From Myxococcota bacterium (GTDB lineage: Bacteria > Myxococcota_A > Polyangia > Nannocystales > Nannocystaceae), in contig JBCCHT010000006.1 of NCBI GenBank assembly GCA_039028615.1, forward strand, positions 128,001 through 192,000: a stretch of DNA of 64,000 nucleotides, given 5' to 3'. The notes under the pieces were generated by a model. That model ran no database searches. It saw only the letters and a program-made list of their open reading frames with translations, and was not told where the DNA came from. Shown here one piece after another: positions 48,397 to 58,424 of this stretch. The position numbers and the translations under genes were made by a program. Every line of letters begins with the position of its first letter. Positions within the stretch are counted from its first letter, which is position 1.

Positions 48397-49476
48397 CCAG
48401 GGAAAGCGCCGAGACACCCGCGACATCACCTTGCCCGCGATCCGCTCGCCCCGCTCACGCAGCCGATCGCGCTTGCGAGGGCGGACCTTGGGATCGAGCT
48501 TCACCCGTGCGAACTCGGCTTCGAGCCCCGCTCGCTCGCCCGGCAGCAGGCGCAGCTCGGCCGCGGTGGCATTGGCCCGGACCTGAGCCGCGGTGCTGCC
48601 TCCGGCGATGACCGCCGTCACCCCGGGCCGCTCGAGGACCCACGCCAGCGCGATCTGGGCCTCGGCCACCCGATGCCGCCGCGCCAGCGGCTGCAGGCCG
48701 CTGACCCGCGCCGCCTCGACCCGCGCCACGTTGGTGGGATGAAACAGCGGGTTGTAGCGACGGTAGTCGTCCAGGCCCAGCCGTCGCCCCTTGGTCATGC
48801 GCCCGGCCAAAAGCCCGTGCAGCAGCGGAGAGTAGGCCAAGAAGCCGCAGCCGTGCTCGTGCACCGCGTCCATGGCCCCGCGCTCGATCTCGCGGCGCAG
48901 CAGGCTGTACTCGGACTGGAGACTCGCCAGCGGCCGATCGCCGAGTTCCTGCCGGGCCTCGTCCACCTGCGCGGCGGAGAAGTTGCAGACGCCGACGGCC
49001 TTCACCTTGCCCTCGTCGCACAGCCGCCCCAGCTCGCCCATGGTCTCCGCCAGCGGGACCGAGGTATCGGGATGATGCACCTGGCACAGGTCGAGCGACT
49101 CGATGCCCATGCGCTGCAGGCTGCTCTCCACGTCGCGACGCACCGTGGCTGGCCGGCCATCGCGACGGACGACCCGCGGCGTCCCCGACTCGTCGTTGGA
49201 GGTGAACAGCACCTCGCCGTGGTCGTCGTCCCAGCGCAGGCCGACCTTGCTCAGCACCTGCACCCGGTCGCGCCGGTCGGCGATCGCCCGCCCCACCATG
49301 CGCTCCGACTCGCCGAACTCGTACAGCGGCGCCGTGTCGATGCTGGTGATGCCGATGTCGATGGCCGCGTGCAGGGTACGGACACGCTCGCCGGGGTCAC
49401 GGCGCGCAAAGGCCTGGGTCCCGTAGACGATGGGAGAGACGTGCAGACCAGAGGAACCGAGCGGACGAGGTTGCAT
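48391..49476 (-). CDS. Aldo/keto reductase
   Basis: [25 protein letters not shown]...DL.QVH.P, GVCNF, YSPL. Confidence 0.95.
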   Translation of the reverse strand: MQPRPLGSSGLHVSPIVYGTQAFARRDPGERVRTLHAAIDIGITSIDTAPLYEFGESERMVGRAIADRRDRVQVLSKVGLRWDDDHGEVLFTSNDESGTPRVVRRDGRPATVRRDVESSLQRMGIESLDLCQVHHPDTSVPLAETMGELGRLCDEGKVKAVGVCNFSAAQVDEARQELGDRPLASLQSEYSLLRREIERGAMDAVHEHGCGFLAYSPLLHGLLAGRMTKGRRLGLDDYRRYNPLFHPTNVARVEAARVSGLQPLARRHRVAEAQIALAWVLERPGVTAVIAGGSTAAQVRANATAAELRLLPGERAGLEAEFARVKLDPKVRPRKRDRLRERGERIAGKVMSRVSRRFPWL

Positions 49477-49571
49477 GGCGAGAGCGCGGGACAGCGGAGA
49501 CGATACGGCCCGGAGCAAGCGGAGTACACCCGGGGTGGAATCGAGCCCGGCGGCGCACTACGGTACGAGTC

Positions 49572-50390
49572 ATGACCCTCACGGTCGTTCGACACGACGA
49601 CCCCGCCGCGCTGCTACGGCGGGCCCGGCCGTTCCTGCTTCGCGACGAACCCGAGACCTCGCTGATCCTCGGGGTCGCCCAGAACCTCGCGCCCGACCGA
49701 CCGGGACCGCTGCTGCTCACGGTCGAACGCGACGACGAGGTGCGAGCGGTCGCCCTCCACATCGCGCCCCATAGTCTGCTCGTCACCGACGTCGCCCCCG
49801 AGGATCGAGCCGCCCTGCGCACGACCTTGCTCGAGCTCGTCCCCGACCTGCCGAGCATGACGGGACCCATGGCGACCGTCGACGCGCTCCGCACGGGATG
49901 GCCGCAGGCCCACGCCACCGTGCACATGCGGCTGCACAAGCTCGAGCGGTTGATCGAGCCGCCCGTGCCCCCGGGCCAGGTACGCCTGGCCACCCCCGCC
50001 GACGCCGACGCGCTCGCCCCATGGGCCCAGGGCTTCACCAAAGACAGCGGCTCCGACGACCCGCGGCCCGGCGCGGAAGTGCTCGCCCCCTATCTCGACA
50101 ACGGCACGCTGTACCTGTGGGAGGACGGGCAGGCGCGCTGCATGGTGGGGTGGTCGCGCGACACACCCAACGGCGCGTCGATCAGCCTCGTGTACACGCC
50201 GCCAGCGCATCGCGGCCGCGGCTATGCCACCGCGCTCGCCGCCCATGTCAGTCGACTCCTGCTTTCGCGGGGCAAGCGCTTCTGCGTACTATTCACCAAC
50301 TTAGCCAATCCCACCGCCAACGCGATCTACGCCCGCATCGGATACGAGCCACTGAGTGACCACTCCACGTGGTCCCTTCGCGCTCCGTGA
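49572..50390 (+). CDS. GNAT family N-acetyltransferase
   Basis: VYTPPAHRGRGYA acetyl-CoA motif and N..ANAIY.RIGY. Confidence 0.92.
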   Translation: MTLTVVRHDDPAALLRRARPFLLRDEPETSLILGVAQNLAPDRPGPLLLTVERDDEVRAVALHIAPHSLLVTDVAPEDRAALRTTLLELVPDLPSMTGPMATVDALRTGWPQAHATVHMRLHKLERLIEPPVPPGQVRLATPADADALAPWAQGFTKDSGSDDPRPGAEVLAPYLDNGTLYLWEDGQARCMVGWSRDTPNGASISLVYTPPAHRGRGYATALAAHVSRLLLSRGKRFCVLFTNLANPTANAIYARIGYEPLSDHSTWSLRAP

Positions 50391-50507
50391 TCACACTCAC
50401 CTACTGCACGGTTCGTTGCAATGATCGTCGCTGCGGTTCGTCTCACCAACTGCGTGACGAGGATCGCTCGCACATTCACCCGCGTCTCCTAGGCTGAAGG
50501 CAACCCC

Positions 50508-51089
50508 GTGATCACCCAGCTAGTCGCCGCCGCCATGATGATGTCCTTTGCACCCCACGTGCCGTGGGTCGAAACGGACGTCGCCGATCTGTCACCCCAG
50601 GGCTTGTCGCACCAGGAAGTCCTCCGCATCGACCCGGACTTCGGCAAGAACCATCACGACATCGTGGTGGACTCGTGGACGCTGGCCGACAACCCGGAGA
50701 CCATCTCCGAGGTGCGCATGTGGTGGCTGCACAGCAAAGAGAACGACGAGCGCAGCCCGTTCGGCAAAGGCGTGCGCCGCTTCGTCAACCTCGACTACGA
50801 ACGTCGGGGCCCCCGGAGCTTCGCGGTCATCCTCAAGGGCGAGCGGCGTCAGTGGTCCTTCGACGTCGAGCTCGGTGACGACGGCAAGGCCATCGCGCTC
50901 GCCGACATCACCACCCGCGGCGGCACCGTGGTCAAGCGCTGCGAGGCCGAGTCGGCCAAGCTGCTCGTGCGACGGGTGATGGGGATCCCCATGGGGCTCA
51001 AGGGGCTCGAAGTGACCTGCCGCGACAGCGCGGGCAAGAAGCATCGCGGCACCCTCCCCGAGCGCAAGATCAAGCGACGACGTCGCTGA
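50508..51089 (+). CDS. Hypothetical exported protein (possibly DUF4833-like)
   Basis: Hydrophobic N-terminus and host-like codon usage; the family resemblance is weak. Confidence 0.65.
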   Translation: MITQLVAAAMMMSFAPHVPWVETDVADLSPQGLSHQEVLRIDPDFGKNHHDIVVDSWTLADNPETISEVRMWWLHSKENDERSPFGKGVRRFVNLDYERRGPRSFAVILKGERRQWSFDVELGDDGKAIALADITTRGGTVVKRCEAESAKLLVRRVMGIPMGLKGLEVTCRDSAGKKHRGTLPERKIKRRRR

Positions 51090-51311
51090 CGGGACCACCA
51101 GGAGCAAAGCAGGCGACGGCGGCATCGAGCACCAGCTCGATCCCGCCGTTTCCCGTTTTGGGACACCGCGTTCCGCCGAAGGTCCGCGTCAACTCCGCGG
51201 GAGGTCAAAGTGGCAGCAGGTAAGCATGGTCGGTCCGTGTGTGCCGCTGCTACAGTCGGCGCCCCGCGGAGGCCCCATTGGCCCATTCGCGCGCGATTCC
51301 AGGAGATGACG

Positions 51312-53075
51312 ATGAAAGCCACCGTGATGGAGGTCTTCGACAAGACCGCCGAGAAGCACGCCCAACGTCCCGCGCTCAAGGTCAAGCGAAACGGCAAGTG
51401 GGTGACGACGACCTGGCGGGAGTACCACGATCAGGTCCGAGCCGCGGCCAAGAGCTTCATCGCTCTGGGTCTACAGCCCGGCAAAGGCGTGTCGATCATC
51501 GGGTTCAACAGTCCCGAGTGGGTCATCTCCGACGTGGGAGCGATCTATGCCGGTGGTTGCCCGGCGGGCATCTACACCACCAACGCGCCCGATCAGTGCC
51601 ACTACATCGCCAGCCACGCCGAGGCTCAGGTGGCGGTGGTCGAGAACGCGGCGCAGCTCGACAAGTTCCTCCAGATCCGAGACCGCCTCGAGGACCTCCA
51701 GGCCATCGTGATGATGGAAGGCGACCACGACGACGAGAACGTCTACTCGTGGGAGGACTTCCTCGCCAAGGGCAAGGACCTCGACGACTCCGTGCTGCAG
51801 GAGCGCATCGACGCCCAGAAGCCGGACGACGCGTGCACGTACATCTACACCTCGGGCACCACGGGTGACCCGAAGGCGGTGATGATCAGCCACGACAACA
51901 TCACGTGGACCGCCGAGGCTGCACTGAACTCGTTGGGCGCCGCCGATGGCGACCGCATGATCAGCTACCTGCCGCTGTCGCACATCGCCGAGCAGATCGT
52001 TTCGCTGCATGGCCCCATCGTCAACGGTTCGTGCACCTCGTTCGCCGAGAGCATCGACGCGCTGGGTGACAACCTCAAAGAGGTGCGACCGACCATCTTC
52101 CTCGCCGTGCCGCGCGTGTGGGAGAAGATCCAGGCCAAGATGGTGGCCACGGCCGCGGGCAACAGCGGTCTCAAGAAGAAGATCGGCGCCTGGGCGCGGG
52201 GCATCGGCATCAAGGGCGGCTACGCCACCCAGGAAAACAAGCCCCTGCCGCTGTTCTGGGGCGTCGCCGACAAGCTCGTGTTCTCCAAGGTTCGCGACGC
52301 GCTGGGCCTGGACCAGTGCCGCATCGCGGTGACCTCCGCCGCCCCAATCTCCAAGTCGACCCTCGAGTTCTTCTTGAGCTTGGGCGTGCCCATCATGGAG
52401 GTCTACGGCATGTCGGAGTGCACCGGGCCGGCCACCGTCTCGCTGCCCGACTCGTACCGCACGGGCTGGGTAGGCAAGGTGCTGCCCGGGGCCGAGGTCA
52501 AGATCGCCGAGGACGGCGAGATTTGCATGCGCGGCCGCCACGTCTTCAAGGGCTACTACAAGAACGAAGCGGCCACCCAAGAGGCGCTCGACGACGACGG
52601 CTGGCTGCACTCCGGTGACATCGGCGAGCTCGACAACGGCTTCTTGCGCATCACCGATCGCAAGAAGGACCTCATCATCACCGCGGGCGGCGAGAACATC
52701 GCGCCGCAGGTCATCGAGGGCAAGCTCAAGAGCATCGCCGTGGTCAGCCAGGCGGTGGTGGTCGGCGACCGCCGCAAGCACCTGTCCGCGCTGCTCACCG
52801 TGGACGAGACCAAGCTCGACGAGACCATCCGCGAGTCGGGCAGCAGCGCCAAGACCATGGAAGAGGCCTCGAAGGACGACAAGGTCCAGCAGTGGCTCAT
52901 GTCGCAGGTCGAGCAGGTCAACAAGGACCTCGCCCGGGTGCAGACGATCAAGAAGATCAAGATGCTCCCCGCCGACCTCAGCATCGAGGGTGGCGAGCTG
53001 ACGCCGACCATGAAGGTCAAGCGCAAGATCGTGAACCAGAAGTACGCCGACATGATCGAGGCGTTCTACGCCTGA
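51312..53075 (+). CDS. Long-chain fatty acid--CoA ligase (AMP-binding)
   Basis: AGGAG RBS; YTSGTTGDPK, YLPLSH, VPRVWEK, YGMSE, GWLHSGDIG, DRKKDLIITAGGEN, LTPTMKVKR. Confidence 0.95.
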   Translation: MKATVMEVFDKTAEKHAQRPALKVKRNGKWVTTTWREYHDQVRAAAKSFIALGLQPGKGVSIIGFNSPEWVISDVGAIYAGGCPAGIYTTNAPDQCHYIASHAEAQVAVVENAAQLDKFLQIRDRLEDLQAIVMMEGDHDDENVYSWEDFLAKGKDLDDSVLQERIDAQKPDDACTYIYTSGTTGDPKAVMISHDNITWTAEAALNSLGAADGDRMISYLPLSHIAEQIVSLHGPIVNGSCTSFAESIDALGDNLKEVRPTIFLAVPRVWEKIQAKMVATAAGNSGLKKKIGAWARGIGIKGGYATQENKPLPLFWGVADKLVFSKVRDALGLDQCRIAVTSAAPISKSTLEFFLSLGVPIMEVYGMSECTGPATVSLPDSYRTGWVGKVLPGAEVKIAEDGEICMRGRHVFKGYYKNEAATQEALDDDGWLHSGDIGELDNGFLRITDRKKDLIITAGGENIAPQVIEGKLKSIAVVSQAVVVGDRRKHLSALLTVDETKLDETIRESGSSAKTMEEASKDDKVQQWLMSQVEQVNKDLARVQTIKKIKMLPADLSIEGGELTPTMKVKRKIVNQKYADMIEAFYA

Positions 53076-53105
53076 GCATCGCTCCGGCTCGGTTCGTGAA
53101 AAACG

Positions 53106-53139
53106 GAGGTCGGCCCCACGGGGTCGGCCTCTTTTGTTT
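53106..53139 (+). terminator. Intrinsic terminator
   Basis: GAGGTCGGCCC-CACG-GGGTCGGCCTC (with G-U pairs) followed by TTTTGTTT. Confidence 0.8.
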
Positions 53140-53204
53140 GGGATCTCGGCGCCTTGGCGCGATCGACTTGCCGGTCGCGGTCGGGCTGAGATATTGCCGA
53201 AGCA

Positions 53205-53600
53205 ATGGCCAGTGGCGTCGTTCCGCCCCTCGTTTGGGTCTTTGTTGCCGGGGGCACGGGCGCCACCCTGCGCGTGGTGCTGGGCGGCCTCATCGACGAG
53301 CGCTGGTCCGACCGACTGCCCTACGTGGGGACCTTGGTGGTGAACCTCATCGGGTGCTTCGCCATCGGGCTGGCCGCGGCCGCGATTCCACCGGGCACGG
53401 CTCGCACGGCGGTACTCGGCGGACTCCTGGGCGGCTTCACCACCTACAGCGCGTTCGCGCTGTTTTCCCACGACCTCATCCGCGACCAGCAGCTCGGCGT
53501 GATGGCGCTGCAGATCGGGCTGCACCTGGTGCTCGGGGTCGTGCTCGCGGCGGCCGGGGTCGCCCTGGGGCGAATGCTCTTCGGCCCGCTGCCGCAGTAG
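53205..53600 (+). CDS. crcB: Fluoride channel FluC/CrcB
   Basis: GG.GA.LR, GTL.VN.IGCF.IG, GGFTTYSAF; 4 TM helices. Confidence 0.9.
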   Translation: MASGVVPPLVWVFVAGGTGATLRVVLGGLIDERWSDRLPYVGTLVVNLIGCFAIGLAAAAIPPGTARTAVLGGLLGGFTTYSAFALFSHDLIRDQQLGVMALQIGLHLVLGVVLAAAGVALGRMLFGPLPQ

Positions 53601-53610
53601 GAGCACATCG

Positions 53611-54816
53611 GTGGTGGCCCCGTCCGTGTTCGCCTCGGGTCCGCTTCAGCGAAGCCCGGACACGCAGGTGGCGGCACGGGTCCTGGAGGCTGCGTTGGCG
53701 GCGGTCGATCCGGGCGCGTGCGTGCGTCGGGCGTTGCGGGTGGAGGCCGACGCGATCGAATCAGGACGGCACCGCATGGCGCTGCGCGATGATGCTCGGG
53801 TGTGGCTGATCGCGGTGGGCAAAGCGGCCGAGGCCATGACGCGGGCGGCCGTGCCCCCGCTGGGTGCACGGCTCGCGGAGGGGCTGGTCGTGGCCAAGCA
53901 CCCGTCCGACGAAGTTCTCGACTCGCGGGGGCGCATCACGACGGTGGTGGGGGCACACCCGGTCCCCGATGAACGCAGCCTCGCCGCCGGGCAGGCGGTC
54001 ATCGATTTCGTGCAGCGGGCGGGCGAGCAGGACCTCGTGGTGATGTTGTTGTCCGGGGGTGCGTCGTCGTTGATGGTCGCGCCGCTCCCCGGCACGAGTC
54101 TCGAAGACATCGCGGCCCGAGGTGACGCGCTGCTACGCAGCGGGGCCCCCATCGAACAGATCAACGCAGCCCGGACCCAACTCGATCGACTCAAGGGCGG
54201 CGGCCTGCTGCGACTGGCGGCCCCGACTCGCGTGCTGAGCCTGGTGCTCTGCGATGTCGTGGATGCCCCGCTCTCGGTGGTGGGCTCGGGACCGACGATG
54301 CCCGGGCCCATGGTCGCCATCGCCGACAACGATGCGGCCGTGCACGCTGCCCTGGCCGCCGCCCGAGCCGAGGGCTGGGCCACCGAGCGCTGGCCCGCCC
54401 TGCGCGGAGAAGCGCGGGTGGTCGGCCAGCAGCTCGCGCAACGGCTCCGCGACGCGAAGGTCACCACTCCCACCGTGTTCGTGGCCGGCGGCGAGACGAC
54501 CGTGACCGTGCACGGCCGAGGCCGTGGCGGTCGCAACCAAGAGCTGGCCCTCGCCGCCGTCGAGCCTCTCGACGGTCATGCCCATCGAACGCTGATCACC
54601 CTGGCCACCGACGGCGAAGACGGGCCCACCGATGCCGCGGGCGCCGTCGTGCGGGGCCGAACCGCGGCCGATGCTCGGGCCCGGGGCTTCGACGTCGCCG
54701 CGCGGCTCGACGACAACGATGCCTACCCGGTATTCGAGGGCACGGGTGATCTGCTACGAATCGGTCCGACCGGGACCAATGTCTGTGACCTCGTCCTCGG
54801 CCTCGCTCGACCATGA
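53611..54816 (+). CDS. Glycerate kinase type 2 (DUF4147 + MOFRL)
   Basis: GKAA..M, HPVPD..S, LSGGASSL, KGGGL, SGPT, GGETTV, GRGGRNQE, TDGEDG, GPTGTNV.D. Confidence 0.92.
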   Translation: MVAPSVFASGPLQRSPDTQVAARVLEAALAAVDPGACVRRALRVEADAIESGRHRMALRDDARVWLIAVGKAAEAMTRAAVPPLGARLAEGLVVAKHPSDEVLDSRGRITTVVGAHPVPDERSLAAGQAVIDFVQRAGEQDLVVMLLSGGASSLMVAPLPGTSLEDIAARGDALLRSGAPIEQINAARTQLDRLKGGGLLRLAAPTRVLSLVLCDVVDAPLSVVGSGPTMPGPMVAIADNDAAVHAALAAARAEGWATERWPALRGEARVVGQQLAQRLRDAKVTTPTVFVAGGETTVTVHGRGRGGRNQELALAAVEPLDGHAHRTLITLATDGEDGPTDAAGAVVRGRTAADARARGFDVAARLDDNDAYPVFEGTGDLLRIGPTGTNVCDLVLGLARP

Positions 54817-55796
54817 CCGATGAACTCCCCCTCGTCATCGTGAGCCGGGCCTTGCCGCCCGGTTGGCTCGATCGCCTCGAAGGCTCGTGCCGCCTGCTGG
54901 TGGGCGACGCCGACACGCCGGGCTTCGAGCCGCACCTGCTCGAGGCCCTCCCCCAAGCCCAGGGCCTGCTGTGCCTGCTCACCGAGCGCGTCGACGATGC
55001 CCTGCTCGCTCGAGCGCCGCAGCTGCGCGTGGTGAGCAACATGGCGGTCGGGGTCGACAACATCGACGTACAGGCGTGCACACGGCGAGGCATTCCGGTC
55101 GGCAATACGCCGGGGGTGCTCACCGAGGCCACCGCCGACCTCACGATGGCCCTGCTGCTCAGCGCGGCACGCCAGCTCCCCACCGCGGCCCAGGATGCCC
55201 GCGAAGGCCGATGGTCGACCTGGTCTCCCACGGGCTGGCTCGGACTCGACCTGCACGGAGCGACCTTGGGCATCGTGGGCCTGGGCAAGATCGGGCAGGC
55301 CGTCGCGCGTCGAGCCCGGGGCTTCGGCATGACCCTTCGCTACGCCAGCCCCAGCGCCAAGCCGCAGGCGGAGGCAGAGCTCGGGGTGCAGCGCATGGCC
55401 CTGCCCGAGCTGCTCGCCGCGTGCGACATCGTCTCGCTCCACGTGCCGCTGTCGGAGCAGACCCGCGGGCTCATCGACGCCGACGCACTGTCCCGCATGA
55501 GGTCGTCGGCGCTGCTCGTCAACACCGCGCGAGGACCCATCGTGGACTCGGCCGCGCTCGAGCAGGCCTTGCGTGCGGGCCAGATTGCCGGGGCCGCCAT
55601 CGACGTGACCGACCCCGAGCCCCTGCCCGCCTCGCACTCGCTGTACTCGTGCCCCGGGCTGCTCGTGCTGCCGCACATCGGCTCGGCCACCCACGGCACC
55701 CGACGTCGCATGGCCCAGCTCGCCGCCGACAACGTGCTCGCCGGGCTCGCCGGTCGACCCCTGCCCCACACGGTCAACCCCGGCGTCGGCCGCTGA
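54813..55796 (+). CDS. D-glycerate dehydrogenase / glyoxylate-hydroxypyruvate reductase
   Basis: AVGVDNID, NTPGVLTEATAD, GLGKIG, VNTARG, DV...EP, PHIGSAT; ATGA overlap with the kinase. Confidence 0.93.
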   Translation: MTDELPLVIVSRALPPGWLDRLEGSCRLLVGDADTPGFEPHLLEALPQAQGLLCLLTERVDDALLARAPQLRVVSNMAVGVDNIDVQACTRRGIPVGNTPGVLTEATADLTMALLLSAARQLPTAAQDAREGRWSTWSPTGWLGLDLHGATLGIVGLGKIGQAVARRARGFGMTLRYASPSAKPQAEAELGVQRMALPELLAACDIVSLHVPLSEQTRGLIDADALSRMRSSALLVNTARGPIVDSAALEQALRAGQIAGAAIDVTDPEPLPASHSLYSCPGLLVLPHIGSATHGTRRRMAQLAADNVLAGLAGRPLPHTVNPGVGR

Positions 55797-55806
55797 TCCG
55801 ACCTCG

Positions 55807-56433
55807 CTACAACTCCGGGAAATTGTCGTAGCGAAGGCTGGCGCCGTCGAACACGATGCGACGCCTCCGATACGGGCTCCAGTCGGCAGGGTCGGTCTTC
55901 ACGAACATCGTCGGCTTGGAATTCGTGGGCGCGGAGAACAGGAATTGTCCGGTGCCGTCGACGACATCGAGGGTACTGATGGCATTGCCATGGTCGAGGA
56001 CGAACGAGACCTCGTTCGTCGCACCGGGCTGAATGAGCCCGGTCAGCTGCGGCAGGCCACTTCCCCCGCCCGTGAACGAGATCTCGAACTCGACCTCACC
56101 GACCCCCGCGGGGGCCTCGTTGACGAACTCCACCGCCATGCGCACGTCTGTCCCCGGGGCGCTGCACGTCTGCCCGAGCACCGACTCCACACCGGATTGG
56201 CACTGCTCCACGAGCGCGCCGACCACGAGGTTCGGATCGACACCGTCCTCGCCGGCATTCTCGCAATCGTCGACGATGCGATTGACTGCGTTCTGAGTCG
56301 TGGACGGATCACAGCCTTGCGTGCGCAGCCTCCCTGCGAGGTGGTCGATCGCGTCTTGGCAATCCCGACAATCCCCGCAGCCCGAAACGACCGCAACGAC
56401 GAGCCCCACAGCGATCGCGTCGAACACCTTCAT
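55807..56433 (-). CDS. Hypothetical lipoprotein
   Basis: Lipobox VSGC followed by a Cys-rich helical part and a beta-rich part. TAGTGT lies 7 nt upstream of the ATG. Confidence 0.7.
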   Translation of the reverse strand: MKVFDAIAVGLVVAVVSGCGDCRDCQDAIDHLAGRLRTQGCDPSTTQNAVNRIVDDCENAGEDGVDPNLVVGALVEQCQSGVESVLGQTCSAPGTDVRMAVEFVNEAPAGVGEVEFEISFTGGGSGLPQLTGLIQPGATNEVSFVLDHGNAISTLDVVDGTGQFLFSAPTNSKPTMFVKTDPADWSPYRRRRIVFDGASLRYDNFPEL

Positions 56434-56578
56434 CCCGTTCACACTACGCCTCGGACGGACCATTGACGACTCGGTCATGCGACGGCCCTCGTCATCGCCG
56501 CCCCGAACGAGCCGAGACTCGGCGGACGCGGCACGCGAACGCAGTTCGTTGGCGACCGGGATGCCGCGACCAGACTCG

Positions 56579-57286
56579 CTACGCGAAGGGGTCGGCCGCC
56601 TCCGGCATTGGCCCGCGCTCCACCGCCGCCGCGGCCTTTCGCAGCGCCGCCGCTCGGCTCTCGATGGCGGCGAAGTTGCCGGCCGCCATATCGGCCGGCT
56701 CGAATAGCCCGGTCGTCATCCCCACCGACCACGCCCCGGCCTCGAACCACTCGGCGATGTTGTCGAGGAACACCCCGTTGGTGGGCACGACCCGCACGAA
56801 GGGCAGCGGCGCCAACGCGGAGCGTAGCCACGTCGGGCCGCCCGCGGGCATGGGGAAGAGCTTGACCAGCGGCGCCCCGGCTCGATGCGCGGTGACCATC
56901 TCGGTGGGGGTGTGCACGCCCGGCAAGATCGGCACGCCCAGCTCGTTCGCGGTCGCGATCACCTCCAGGTCGGTGATCGGCGAGACCAAGAAGCTCGCCC
57001 CCGCATCGACCGCGGCGCGGGCCTGGTCGGGGGTCATCACCGTGCCGGCACCGACCACCAGTCGCTCGAGACCGCCCAGGGTCACCTGCCCCGCGCGCGT
57101 CGAGAACCGGGAGATCAGCCCCAACGCGTTCGGCGTGGTCATGGTGAACTCGATGAGCCGAATCCCGCCCCGTACGGCCGCATCCATGGCCTCGGAGGCA
57201 AGTCCCTCGTCGCGAGTCCGCAGGATGGCCGTGAGCCGATGGCGCCACAGCGCGGCGAGAAAGTCGTGGTGGGGATGTTGGGTCAT
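56579..57286 (-). CDS. eda: KDPG/KHG aldolase
   Basis: AILR, GGI..IEFT, VGAGTV, GA.F.VSP, PG..TPTE, VKLFP (Schiff-base Lys), PTNGV. Confidence 0.9.
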   Translation of the reverse strand: MTQHPHHDFLAALWRHRLTAILRTRDEGLASEAMDAAVRGGIRLIEFTMTTPNALGLISRFSTRAGQVTLGGLERLVVGAGTVMTPDQARAAVDAGASFLVSPITDLEVIATANELGVPILPGVHTPTEMVTAHRAGAPLVKLFPMPAGGPTWLRSALAPLPFVRVVPTNGVFLDNIAEWFEAGAWSVGMTTGLFEPADMAAGNFAAIESRAAALRKAAAAVERGPMPEAADPFA

Positions 57287-57410
57287 GGCGAGAGTGGCGC
57301 CGTCCGGCACCGTCCCCCGCATCGTAACAAGTGGCGTGTAAGGGGACCGTTCATCCCCCGTTGGTCTCCCCGCCTTGGCCTCCGTTCATCCGACGGGCAT
57401 TCTGAACGGG

Positions 57411-58277
57411 ATGCTCCCCTCCGCGTGCTTCGCCGTCGTGACGCTCCTGTCGTCCGGACCCGCCGAAGCGGCGCCCACCGAAATCGCGGCGCCCGGCAGC
57501 GAACCCGCGCCGCCGGCCGTGCAGGCCCCGGCCGCGATCGCAGAAGCGAAGGCCGAGCCCCCGGACACCACGCCCGCTGCGAGCCCGAGCCCGAGCCCGG
57601 CGAAGGAACGTACTGCCAGCCCGGCGACGCCTTCCTCACCCGCCCCCACCGAGGAGGCGACGACGCCCGAGCCCGAGACCGAAGCGCAGGACGAGCCCAG
57701 CAGTGCCACCGAGGGCCGCGCCGCTCGGACCTACCCACGGCTGGTGATCGCGGGCGGCCCCCTCATCGGCCCGCACGCGATCGGCAACGAGGAGTGCAAG
57801 TCCGAAGAGGCGCGCTGCGAGACCAAGGGCTCGTTCTTCGGCTTGGGCGGTCAGGTCGAGCTTCGCGGTCGACTGTGGCGCCCGCTGTACCTGCACGTCC
57901 GCGGCATCGCGGTCCGCAACGTCTCGCCCAACGACCCCATCTACGGGGGCATGGTCGGGGGCGCGTCGGGCCTGGGTCTATACGGTCGCCGCATCTTCGG
58001 CCGCGCCGAGTACATGTTCGTGCAAGCGCTGGGCGACAACGCCTTCGAGCCGCCCTTCTTCGACGGCGACGTGGCCACCGACGACTGGGGCAACCACGCC
58101 GGGATGGTGGCGGTGGGCTTTCGTCAACCCCTGCCGCACCACCTTTCGATCGAGCTGTGGGGCGGCGTGATGTTCGGGCCGAAATCGATCCGTCAAGTGC
58201 CTCAGCAGCTCCCCGACGAGCGAGTACTGACCACCTTCCAGCTCGGCGTCTCGCTGGCCTGGGACGCCTGGCGGTAA
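57411..58277 (+). CDS. Putative outer-membrane beta-barrel protein with a Pro/Ala/Glu-rich N-terminal linker
   Basis: Signal peptide ending AEA; about 8 amphipathic strands; C-terminal FQLGVSLAW. Confidence 0.7.
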   Translation: MLPSACFAVVTLLSSGPAEAAPTEIAAPGSEPAPPAVQAPAAIAEAKAEPPDTTPAASPSPSPAKERTASPATPSSPAPTEEATTPEPETEAQDEPSSATEGRAARTYPRLVIAGGPLIGPHAIGNEECKSEEARCETKGSFFGLGGQVELRGRLWRPLYLHVRGIAVRNVSPNDPIYGGMVGGASGLGLYGRRIFGRAEYMFVQALGDNAFEPPFFDGDVATDDWGNHAGMVAVGFRQPLPHHLSIELWGGVMFGPKSIRQVPQQLPDERVLTTFQLGVSLAWDAWR

Positions 58278-58424
58278 CCCCCGACACGGTCTCGACTCGC
58301 GGCGGCGACGCACGAGGGGGGATCGAACGACGGACGAACTACGCTCGTCGGCAATTGTCGCGACAGGGGCAGCGTATGGCGTTGCCCTCACGCGTGGGCC
58401 TGCCGTAAAAGCGGCGGCCCCCGC

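Noticed and set aside
43929..51226. Sigma-54 promoter candidates near 43929, 50404 and 51210
   Set aside because: GG-N10-GC spacing is wrong in the first two, and the third lacks the TT before GC.
53140..53204. Fluoride riboswitch upstream of crcB
   Set aside because: The conserved GGNGAUGG...GCUGAUGAC-type core is not present; there is only a generic GC hairpin.
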